Assembly (NCBI GenBank): GCA_045639125.1
Contig: JAZUCL010000011.1
Span: forward strand, 58,720-122,719
DNA from: Eubacteriales bacterium
Lineage (GTDB): Bacteria > Bacillota > Clostridia > Oscillospirales > QAMX01
Direction: 5' to 3'
DNA: 64,000 bases
Positions 18,652 to 26,908 of the stretch are shown one piece after another. A model generated the notes under the pieces. That model worked only from the letters and a program-made list of their open reading frames with translations. It made no database searches and was not told the origin of the DNA. The translations under genes were made by a program, and so were the position numbers. Numbering within the stretch: position 1 is the stretch's first letter; every line of letters begins with the position of its first letter.

Positions 18652-19936
18652 TATCTTTTGTCTCCATTTCACATAACTTCATATACCTGCCGGACTTACT
18701 TTTAACTAAGTTATATTCCTTGCCATAATATTTTTCTCTCACATACGCTTTAATTCTGATTGGAACGTTATCTTTTACCCAAACCATAAATTCTTTTTTA
18801 TCGTTTTTGGGAGCCTTATCAAAATAATCTTTAATTTCTAACTCAGTATTGTGAATGTACTTGAATACAACATTTGCAGTTTTCAAAACTCTATCTTTAT
18901 AAGCTGTAGGAACTTTACTTATCATATCGTCAAATGTTCCGTCGGCAATATTCTTAATAACTAAGTTAACGGAAGAAATCTCAGATAAAACACGATGCAT
19001 ATTTACATAGTCATTATATTTGATCTTAACTTTATAACCATCAATGTTGACAACAAAACCTTCAGCTTCGTTTGATTTTTTATCATCAAGTTCTTTGATA
19101 ACCTCGTCCAACGTTTTGTCAAAAACTGTTGTGGACGGAATGCTATACTTATCGGCAAACTCTTTGATAGTTTTGTAAGAATACTCTTCGCCAGTCACAG
19201 AGTTTCTAATGCCTATGAGATATAAACCTTCTTGCTCTTTAGAATAAACTACGACATGGGCATCTTTCATTGATATGTACTCAAATATAAATGTGAGCAA
19301 AGGATTGTCCATAACAAGGTCTATGTAGCCAGCCCTGTTAAATAACATTTTATATCCGTCTTTTAATCTCCAAGAAAATTCAGGATTAAGAGATGTGCTA
19401 CCGCACATTACAATACTGTCGTTGTAATATCTTACGGCTTGCATCGAGCCGTCCAATTTGTCAGAAAATTCAACACATTTTGCATCCTTTATTCTTTTTG
19501 AAATATTTTCAATACTTGTTTCTTCGCATTCATTGAGGTTTCTGAACTTCTTGAACGGAGTTATCACTAATCGATTTTCTTTGATGTCAATTACAACACT
19601 ACGACATTCTAAGTAAAAGCCGTCGTACTTGTCCCAAAATTCATCGGGTGTTACATCGTCTTCGCCACCAAACACATCTGCATAGTTGCCATATCTAATA
19701 AGAAGCAATCCGTTATGCTCGATTAATTGTAATGGCTTAATCAGTTCTGTGTATTCGGGATTATCGAGTTTTTCAACCCAATACTCCAAACAGGTTGTTT
19801 TACTTGTGTTATAATCCCACAATCTATTTGTTGAGAACATTGATATGTATGCATTTTTTATTTCAATAAATTTATTTAATACCGGATTCCAACTCAGTGT
19901 TATCACTCCTTTGACCAATCTAATGCTTGCCCACAT
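18644..19936 (-). CDS. T4 Rnl1-like RNA ligase (likely start near 19897)
   Basis: ECRSVV, KKFRN, KLDGS (motif I), FEY, EGFVV, KVKIK. Confidence 0.9.
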   Translation of the reverse strand: MWASIRLVKGVITLSWNPVLNKFIEIKNAYISMFSTNRLWDYNTSKTTCLEYWVEKLDNPEYTELIKPLQLIEHNGLLLIRYGNYADVFGGEDDVTPDEFWDKYDGFYLECRSVVIDIKENRLVITPFKKFRNLNECEETSIENISKRIKDAKCVEFSDKLDGSMQAVRYYNDSIVMCGSTSLNPEFSWRLKDGYKMLFNRAGYIDLVMDNPLLTFIFEYISMKDAHVVVYSKEQEGLYLIGIRNSVTGEEYSYKTIKEFADKYSIPSTTVFDKTLDEVIKELDDKKSNEAEGFVVNIDGYKVKIKYNDYVNMHRVLSEISSVNLVIKNIADGTFDDMISKVPTAYKDRVLKTANVVFKYIHNTELEIKDYFDKAPKNDKKEFMVWVKDNVPIRIKAYVREKYYGKEYNLVKSKSGRYMKLCEMETKDNE

Positions 19937-20142
19937 TTAGGACAGTATTCTAATTGTCCACAAAAAGAATGTCTACATATATAACATTCTCCATAATCTC
20001 CATTGTGATTTACAACTTTAGCTGGGATTTGTTTTCTCATGGCACTCAACGCAGTTTTAACATACTCGCATTGCTTACCATTGTGCTGTGTTGTATATCT
20101 TTTTTGGAGACTTTCAAAGTGTTTTATTGATTCTTTTAGCAT
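19903..20142 (-). CDS. Phage Zn-ribbon protein
   Basis: KQIP...C..C...YCPKCGQALDWS pattern; AGGAGG SD. Confidence 0.7.
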   Translation of the reverse strand: MLKESIKHFESLQKRYTTQHNGKQCEYVKTALSAMRKQIPAKVVNHNGDYGECYICRHSFCGQLEYCPKCGQALDWSKE

Positions 20143-20177
20143 AAAAACCTCCTAATTTTGCCAATGAAATGTGTATT

Positions 20178-20447
20178 CTATCTGCTCACTAATTCAACCC
20201 TATATCCTAATTTATCTTCGATTTCTTTTAATGTCATTTTCTTTATGTCTGTCCCTAAGAGTTTCCAACCGCTAACATTCATAATGTCGTTAATGTCCTT
20301 AAATGCATTTGCAGCCCAAGGTTTACCGTTAGAATCAAAGAACCCTTTTTCAACAGAGTATCGCATATCTTTGGCAATATATGTTTTACCTGTCTTCTCC
20401 GCTTCGTTCATCATATTCAATGTTTTCATAATATCACCAACTTTCAA
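20178..20447 (-). CDS. Phage hypothetical protein
   Basis: C-terminal KKMTLKEIEDKLGYRVELV typical of phage small proteins. Confidence 0.7.
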   Translation of the reverse strand: MKVGDIMKTLNMMNEAEKTGKTYIAKDMRYSVEKGFFDSNGKPWAANAFKDINDIMNVSGWKLLGTDIKKMTLKEIEDKLGYRVELVSR

Positions 20448-20631
20448 TTCTAAATAATATATTTCCCAACCATCTTGGGACTCTTACTCCAAAGAAGGTT
20501 GGTTTGTAGTGTGGACATTTTTCACATTTGTCACTCATACAGTTACCATACCCACAAGGGTTGCTCATAAAGACCATAAATATAACCTCGTTAACACATA
20601 TTTGTATGTTCGTCCATAGGACTAGTATCAA
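20434..20631 (-). CDS. Small Cys-rich phage protein (true start probably internal)
   Basis: Fills the gap in the operon; GAGG precedes MVFMSNPC. Confidence 0.45.
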   Translation of the reverse strand: MILVLWTNIQICVNEVIFMVFMSNPCGYGNCMSDKCEKCPHYKPTFFGVRVPRWLGNILFRIESW

Positions 20632-20779
20632 TTTTCCTTACGCCCGGCTTATGATAATCTGAAAGAATATAGCTTGCACATCCACCTTTGTTGTCTATCG
20701 CAACATTTTTAAGTAAACATCCGTTGCTAAAACCATAATACTTACACTTTTCATTTGCACAGGTTATTCTATGTCTCAT
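20591..20779 (-). CDS. Small Cys-rich phage protein
   Basis: C....C.Y....C...I...G.C pattern; GAGGTG SD. Confidence 0.55.
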   Translation of the reverse strand: MRHRITCANEKCKYYGFSNGCLLKNVAIDNKGGCASYILSDYHKPGVRKIDTSPMDEHTNMC

Positions 20780-20813
20780 ATTTACACCTCAATTTCACCA
20801 TAAAATAAATGTT

Positions 20814-21017
20814 TTAAATCTTTTTCCAATACATAACTTCATTTGTAATGGGTCTACCTATAGGCAATAAGAAATCTTCTCCGTCCCACCTTACAGAAGT
20901 TTTTAGTGTCCCATCATCCCATGTTGAAAATGGGTTGGTGTGAACAACTTTTACATTATAAAAACCGCATTCGTTTGGTTCAACCTTGTCGAAATTGTTC
21001 CAACTATTCTCTGTCAT
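20814..21017 (-). CDS. DUF551-like phage protein
   Basis: W....P..G.Y.V ... V.YW pattern; AGGAG SD. Confidence 0.55.
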   Translation of the reverse strand: MTENSWNNFDKVEPNECGFYNVKVVHTNPFSTWDDGTLKTSVRWDGEDFLLPIGRPITNEVMYWKKI

Positions 21018-21044
21018 ATCTGATTCTCCTAATAAAATGAGTGT

Positions 21045-21800
21045 TTAATTAAGTCTTTGTGTTGTAATTTTAATAGCATTTTCGTTGACATCGCATCTGA
21101 GGTAGTTTCTGCCAAGTTCCTTCGCAACAACACAACTTGTCCCGCTACCGCAAAAGAAATCTGCAACAAGTCCACTTTTAGGGCAACTACTGTCTATTAT
21201 CTTATATAAGAGTTCCTTTGGCTTTTGAGTTGCGTAACCCACCCTCTCGGTTTTATCATTCTGTCCAAGTATATTAATTTTCCACACATCATCCATAATC
21301 TTACCTCGACTGTCATAATACTTTTCTTTCTCATAACCTCTTGGTGCTGTCGGAGAATATGCTTGTCTTATGTACTGACTATCTTCATTAAAATAATAGT
21401 CATCTGTTTTACTATATCGGAATATGGTATCGTGGCGTTTGCCAAAATCTTTCTTCTTGCGGGGGGCGGAATTATACCACCATATGATTTCGTTTCTAAA
21501 ATTATCGTATCCAAAAATGTTATCTAAACAGATTTTAATATAGTGAGATAAATTGTAATCACATTGAATATAAATTAACCCAGTATCTTTAAGGACTCTA
21601 AACATCTCTGAAAGTCTTGGTTTATACCATTCTAACGCTTCTTGTGGTGTCCCTAAATTATCGTTGTAATCTTTGAATTTTTTACCAGTGTTGTATAATA
21701 TATCGCAATATATCAAATCAACACTTTTATTTGGAAGTCTTTTCAAAAGTGTTAAGTTATCTTCGCAAAACAATTTATTTATATATTCTATTTGATTCAC
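21045..21800 (-). CDS. Beta-class N4/N6 DNA methyltransferase
   Basis: N-terminal motif IV variant DILY, TQKP, and C-terminal motif I DFFCGSGT. Confidence 0.88.
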   Translation of the reverse strand: MNQIEYINKLFCEDNLTLLKRLPNKSVDLIYCDILYNTGKKFKDYNDNLGTPQEALEWYKPRLSEMFRVLKDTGLIYIQCDYNLSHYIKICLDNIFGYDNFRNEIIWWYNSAPRKKKDFGKRHDTIFRYSKTDDYYFNEDSQYIRQAYSPTAPRGYEKEKYYDSRGKIMDDVWKINILGQNDKTERVGYATQKPKELLYKIIDSSCPKSGLVADFFCGSGTSCVVAKELGRNYLRCDVNENAIKITTQRLN

Positions 21801-21856
21801 CTCCTGTTATTAAGTCACCCACACTATATTATTCTCTATATATTTGCAAAAAAATA

Positions 21857-21885
21857 TTGAATCATAACCAACTATATGATAAAAT
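21857..21885 (+). promoter_or_regulatory. Sigma-A promoter of the integrase
   Basis: TTGAAT-17-TAAAAT with extended -10 TG. Confidence 0.6.
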
Positions 21886-21921
21886 AAGTGATGATATAGC
21901 GAAATAAAAGGAGCGGCGAAC

Positions 21922-23589
21922 ATGAATATTCATACTATTAGAGAAAAAATGAAAATGCACTCAATATACGAAATACCTATGCGGGTTACTTTTTATGCTC
22001 GCGTTTCTTCTGAAAAAGATGAACAGCTTAATTCTTTAGATAATCAAATAGCATACTATACAGACTTAATTAAAAATAACAAGCATTGGGAATATGTGCC
22101 CGGATATATAGACGAGGGCTTATCTGGAATCTCCACCTTAAAACGAGAAAATTTTAATCATATGATATCGGATGCAAAAAACGGAATGTTTGATTTTGTG
22201 ATCACGAAGGAAATATCAAGGTTTGCACGCAACACCCTAGATAGCATCAGGTATACCCGAGAATTACTGGGTTGCGGCGTTGGCGTATTTTTTCAAAACG
22301 ACAACATCAACACTCTTGATGAAGATTCAGAACTTAGACTCTCTATTATGTCTTCCATCGCACAGGACGAGCTTAGAAAGCTATCTTCGCGTATTAAATT
22401 TGGTCATCAACAGGCGATAAAAAATCATGTTGTGCTTGGCAATAGCAGAATTTTTGGTTATGATAAAAAAGATAAAAAGTTAGTTATAAACGAAGAAGAA
22501 GCGAAAATGGTACGCGAGCTTTTTGAGTTATATGCAACTGACCAATACAGCATGAAACAAATTGAAAACATATTTTGGGAAAGAGGATATAGAAACCGAA
22601 ATGGTAATAAGATAGCTCACACCACAATGTCAAACACAATCTCTAATCCCAAATACAAAGGCTATTATGTAGGCAATAAGGTAAAGGTTGTTGATATGTT
22701 CACAAAAAAACAACACTTCCTTCCACCGGAAGAATGGGTTATGTTTAAAGATGAAACGGGCGATATAGTACCCGCTATTGTCAGCGAAGAACTCTGGAAT
22801 GCAGCTAATGTTATTTTAGAAAGGCGCAGCAACGATGTGAAAAACAAGCATAACATATGTAATCACGAAAATCTCTTGACAGGAAAATTATTTTGTACCC
22901 ATTGCGGAAATGCGTATTATCGACGCGAAAGCATGGATAAAAAGGGCAATAAAAACAGTAAGTGGATTTGTAGTGGCAAAATAAAAAACGGTGCAGAGTC
23001 CTGCCCGTCATTAGCAATTTTTGAAAATGAAATTAAACCGATTCTTTTTGATGTATTTAATGAAACCTCTCCAGTAGCCGAGGATTTGGTTGACTCCTAT
23101 ATCGAAATGTATAAAACAATCGATGCAAGCGGCGAGATAATTAAAGATATGGAAAAATTAAAATTAAAAATTGACCACGAACAAAAAAAGAAACGCAAAA
23201 TCCTTGATTATAATCTGAACGGCGATTTGTCCGATGAAGAATATATTCAGATAAACAAAGAATGTAATCATATTATCAGTGAACTTGAAAAAGATCTTTT
23301 TGATTTACAAGAACAACAAAATTCCAAAGACGATTTTAAGAAACATATTGACGAAATCAAGCAAACGCTACTTGTTGCAAAAAGAGATGCTGCGAATGGG
23401 ATCATATCAAGAGAGTTTGTAAATAAGTATATAGATAAAATTTTCGTAACTCCCGAGGATGGATCTCTTAAACTTGAAATTAAGATATTTACCGGAAAAA
23501 CTTGTGAAAAACATCTTTTAAGTCTTAGAAGTCGCTCGGGTCACATTAGTAAGAAAATGATTGAAGCCTACGAAAACGGCATGAAGTAA
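21922..23589 (+). CDS. Large serine recombinase (prophage integrase)
   Basis: YARVS catalytic motif, DEG.SG, SRFARN, recombinase domain, Zn-ribbon C..CG...C...C and coiled coil. Confidence 0.96.
   Translation: MNIHTIREKMKMHSIYEIPMRVTFYARVSSEKDEQLNSLDNQIAYYTDLIKNNKHWEYVPGYIDEGLSGISTLKRENFNHMISDAKNGMFDFVITKEISRFARNTLDSIRYTRELLGCGVGVFFQNDNINTLDEDSELRLSIMSSIAQDELRKLSSRIKFGHQQAIKNHVVLGNSRIFGYDKKDKKLVINEEEAKMVRELFELYATDQYSMKQIENIFWERGYRNRNGNKIAHTTMSNTISNPKYKGYYVGNKVKVVDMFTKKQHFLPPEEWVMFKDETGDIVPAIVSEELWNAANVILERRSNDVKNKHNICNHENLLTGKLFCTHCGNAYYRRESMDKKGNKNSKWICSGKIKNGAESCPSLAIFENEIKPILFDVFNETSPVAEDLVDSYIEMYKTIDASGEIIKDMEKLKLKIDHEQKKKRKILDYNLNGDLSDEEYIQINKECNHIISELEKDLFDLQEQQNSKDDFKKHIDEIKQTLLVAKRDAANGIISREFVNKYIDKIFVTPEDGSLKLEIKIFTGKTCEKHLLSLRSRSGHISKKMIEAYENGMK
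23551..23589 (+). other. Putative attR: 3' end of a host alpha/beta-type SASP gene fused in frame to the integrase
   Basis: KKMIEAYENGMK* matches the clostridial SASP C-terminus that follows GSVGGxMV. Confidence 0.7.
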
Positions 23590-23606
23590 ATCTTCATGTC
23601 ATGAAA

Positions 23607-23640
23607 GAAAACTCCGACAGAAATATCTGTCGGAGTTTTC
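23607..23640. terminator. Intrinsic terminator between integrase/SASP end and pth
   Basis: GAAAACTCCGACAGA / TCTGTCGGAGTTTTC perfect stem. Confidence 0.9.
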
Positions 23641-23723
23641 ACTTTTATTCATTATAATAACAAGAAACCTTGACCTATACTCTTTAAGTATCACAAGCGT
23701 TAAAATAAGGTAAGTTTTATACC

Positions 23724-24350
23724 TTATTTACCGTTAAACTTATTTGCCGCACTTTCAACACCTGATACAAGTATTTCAATTGCCGCATCTGCTGCTTTTT
23801 TCGTACTTTCAACCATAACTTTCATATCGTCATCAGAGAACTTGCCAAGTACCCAATCAATAATATCGTAGTCAGGGTGTGGTGGAATACCTACGCCGAT
23901 ACGCACTCTTGCAAATTCATCTGTGCCAAGCAAAGCAATAATGTTTTTAAGCCCATTATGACCGCCGTGACTCCCCTTTTTTCTCACTCGGAGTCTTCCT
24001 ACGTCAAGGGTAATATCGTCGCACAAAACAAAGATATTCTCTGTCGGCACTTTGTACCACGCACTCGCCTCTTTTACTGCCTCACCACTCAAATTCATGT
24101 AAGTTTGAGGTTTCATGAGAAGTACACGCTTGTCACCAATCATACACTCCCCTGTTAAAGCCTTAAAACGCAAACGATCAATCTTTGTGCCTTTAGCAGA
24201 CGCAAGACAATCTATTGCCATAAAGCCAGCATTATGACGTGTATTGTCGTACTTATTGCCATAGTTGCCAAGACCTACAATAATGTGACTTACTGTGGCT
24301 TTTGTGTTTCTTTCACTTTCAAGTTTTTTGAATATATCAAATATGGACAT
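23724..24350 (-). CDS. pth: Peptidyl-tRNA hydrolase
   Basis: GLGN, TRHNAGF, KPQTYMNLSG, GGHNGLK. Confidence 0.97.
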   Translation of the reverse strand: MSIFDIFKKLESERNTKATVSHIIVGLGNYGNKYDNTRHNAGFMAIDCLASAKGTKIDRLRFKALTGECMIGDKRVLLMKPQTYMNLSGEAVKEASAWYKVPTENIFVLCDDITLDVGRLRVRKKGSHGGHNGLKNIIALLGTDEFARVRIGVGIPPHPDYDIIDWVLGKFSDDDMKVMVESTKKAADAAIEILVSGVESAANKFNGK

Positions 24351-24370
24351 AGATTTATCCTTTCATCAGA

Positions 24371-26011
24371 CTACAATGTGGAGATAGTTTCAGCACGTAA
24401 AATAGCCTTTTCAAAGTCCGTATGTATATTTTCCTCACCAATAGCCTCAGTCAAACCGCTTCTGTCGAACATAGTGCGAACTTTAGGCTGTACGCCTGTG
24501 AATACTACGCTGATATTCTTTTCTCTGTATTTATTGTACAACTCCAAAAATTCGTCAGCACCTGATATATCCATCATTGGAACACCACCCATTGAGAAAA
24601 TCAGAAGTGAAATGCCGTCAAATTCAGCAAGTTTAGAGTCAAGTTTCTCGACAGTTGCGAAGAATACAGGGCCTGTGACGGTTACTATTTTTGTCATTCC
24701 ATAGTCACGAGTTAAGTCAATGCCACGTGCTTTAAGACGGTTTTCATCAACATCAGATACGTCTATGGAAATATCCGCTACACTTACAACAAATGCAAAT
24801 ACGGAAAATACAACACCGATAATAATTGCAACTGTCAAATCAAATACAACAGTCGAAATCATGGTGATAAAATACATTGCAATAGCACTTTTGAATTTTT
24901 TCTTACAAATACGCTCTATAGTTTCCCACTCATTCATTCTCCAAGCAGTCATCATAAGGACACCTGCAAGTGCGGAAAGTGGAATTTGCGACATAACAGA
25001 GCCGAGCAAGAACATAGATGCCAAAAGTCCAACAGCATGGAAAATGCCTGTCATTCTCGTTACGCAACCTGACTTAATAGCAACGCTTGTACGGGCAATC
25101 GCCGCTGTTGCAGGAACACCGCCAAAGAATGGAATTAACATATTACCGATACCTTGTGCTACAAGTTCACGGTCTGCATCAAGTTTCTCACCTTTCATCT
25201 TACCTGCTGCTGCACCGCAAAGCAGACTTTCAATCATGCCAAGTGCCGCAATTGAGAATGCCGGAGAAATTAGTTCACCGATTTTATCAAATGGGATATT
25301 TGAAAAAGTCATACGAACTTCAGGGAACAGTGTCTTTGGTATTTCTCCAACAACTGCCACATCAAGTTTCAAAATCATATTTGCCACAAGAGCAAGTATA
25401 ATACCTGCAAGTGATGATGGGAAACGAGCATTCCACTTTTTCGGCCATAAAATCATTACAATTACAACGAGCATACCCATTGCAACTGCACCCCAGTTTA
25501 CATGAAATCCGTTTGTAAAATAAGACGAAATTTGCTCAATAACACCTTCTCCAGAAGATGTAGTACCAAAGAAATTATCTATCTGTCCTGCGGCAATTAT
25601 CACAGCAATACCAGATGTGAAACCTGCAATAACCGGTCCCGGTATGTAAGATACAAGTTTGCCGATTTTGAATAGTCCTGCAAGAAGTAAAATTACACCT
25701 GCAAGCAGACACGCAAGAAATACACCGGGCATTTGATACTTCATTACAAGTCCTATCAAAATTGCAGTCATTGCACCTGTCGGACCGGAGATTTGATATG
25801 ATGCACCAGACAGTGCACCAATAACAAGTCCTGCAATAATAGCAGTAATAAGTCCTGCTGCTGCATCAGCACCGCAACTTACACCAAATGCAAGTGCCAA
25901 CGGTAACGCAACTGCGGTTACTGTAAGACCTGCCATAACGTCATTGCCCAGTTTTGCTCCGTTGTAGCCATTAAACTCACGCTTAATATCAGAAATAAAT
26001 TTCTTAATCAA
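24371..26011 (-). CDS. SulP-family anion transporter with STAS domain
   Basis: ALPLALAF, ISGPTGA, multiple TM segments, C-terminal STAS (GPVFFA, D.SG). Confidence 0.93.
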   Translation of the reverse strand: MIKKFISDIKREFNGYNGAKLGNDVMAGLTVTAVALPLALAFGVSCGADAAAGLITAIIAGLVIGALSGASYQISGPTGAMTAILIGLVMKYQMPGVFLACLLAGVILLLAGLFKIGKLVSYIPGPVIAGFTSGIAVIIAAGQIDNFFGTTSSGEGVIEQISSYFTNGFHVNWGAVAMGMLVVIVMILWPKKWNARFPSSLAGIILALVANMILKLDVAVVGEIPKTLFPEVRMTFSNIPFDKIGELISPAFSIAALGMIESLLCGAAAGKMKGEKLDADRELVAQGIGNMLIPFFGGVPATAAIARTSVAIKSGCVTRMTGIFHAVGLLASMFLLGSVMSQIPLSALAGVLMMTAWRMNEWETIERICKKKFKSAIAMYFITMISTVVFDLTVAIIIGVVFSVFAFVVSVADISIDVSDVDENRLKARGIDLTRDYGMTKIVTVTGPVFFATVEKLDSKLAEFDGISLLIFSMGGVPMMDISGADEFLELYNKYREKNISVVFTGVQPKVRTMFDRSGLTEAIGEENIHTDFEKAILRAETISTL

Positions 26012-26711
26012 TTACTTCATCTTCTTCCTTATGTTCTTCATTTTTACATTCAAGTACAATAGGCTCAGGCGGTGTCATTGAAAAATTCGCCGCAATTCGC
26101 TTTATTTTAATACCTTGTGAGGAAAATCTCTCCTCGTACTCAGTCATAATGTTAGGAATATCGGTTGAATGGAGGTCATACGTTACTTCCATATTCTCCA
26201 TACCAAACTCTTTAAGAGACCAAACAGAGTATCTAAAAAGTGCATCGTTGTCTGTCTTAAAATAAAAATTTCCACCGGGTACTGTAATTTGACGATAGAG
26301 TTTCAAGAAATTCTCATGAGTCAGCCGCCGTTTTGCGTGCCTGTTGCCTGTCCATGGATCACAGAAGTTTACAAAAATTGCATTAACTTCTCCTACTGCA
26401 AAGAAACTGAGCAAGTCTGATGCATCACCAGGGATAAAGTAGAGATTTTTAATCTCCTCTCTAACCGCCTTTTCCATTGCAAGAACAACTGCACTTTTCT
26501 CTTTTTCAATCGCAATATAAAGTACATCTGGATTTGAAAGTGCCATTTGCTTAGAAAATCTGCCTTTTCCACAGCCGATTTCAACGTAAATTTCCTTAGC
26601 AGCAGGTTTCAGTGACCGCCAATTACCTTGGTACTCAGAAGGATTTAATATTGTAACACTTTCGCATCGCTCAAGACGTGGCTCAAGGTTACGTTTTTTT
26701 CTCATTCTCAT
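26004..26711 (-). CDS. trmB: tRNA (guanine-N7)-methyltransferase
   Basis: MRMRKK start, EIGCGKG, NFCDPW, KRRLT, FKTD, TEYE. Confidence 0.95.
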   Translation of the reverse strand: MRMRKKRNLEPRLERCESVTILNPSEYQGNWRSLKPAAKEIYVEIGCGKGRFSKQMALSNPDVLYIAIEKEKSAVVLAMEKAVREEIKNLYFIPGDASDLLSFFAVGEVNAIFVNFCDPWTGNRHAKRRLTHENFLKLYRQITVPGGNFYFKTDNDALFRYSVWSLKEFGMENMEVTYDLHSTDIPNIMTEYEERFSSQGIKIKRIAANFSMTPPEPIVLECKNEEHKEEDEVID

Positions 26712-26908
26712 GTAAGATAATACCCTTTCTACATACAATTCACATTCGGTCACAAATAATGTGACCACCTATAAATATAATCCCTTTTTCTAAAAAACGC
26801 AACAGAAAATGACACATTTTCGGAAATTCCATTGAATGTACAAAATTCTAACTTCAATTAGGTAAAATAATAACACAGCCCACAAAAATAGACGTAAAAT
26901 AACGGCAA

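Larger units (their letters stand above)
1..23550. mobile_element. Right arm of a large temperate prophage (SPbeta-like layout); continues off the left edge
   Basis: Tail and fibre genes (+) converge on a nucleotide-metabolism/MTase early arm (-). A terminal large serine recombinase is followed by an abrupt switch to housekeeping genes (pth). Confidence 0.93.

Noticed and set aside
24720-25505. 261-aa antisense ORF and the many other shadow ORFs in the track
   Set aside because: They lie opposite well-supported genes, with no SD or recognisable motifs.
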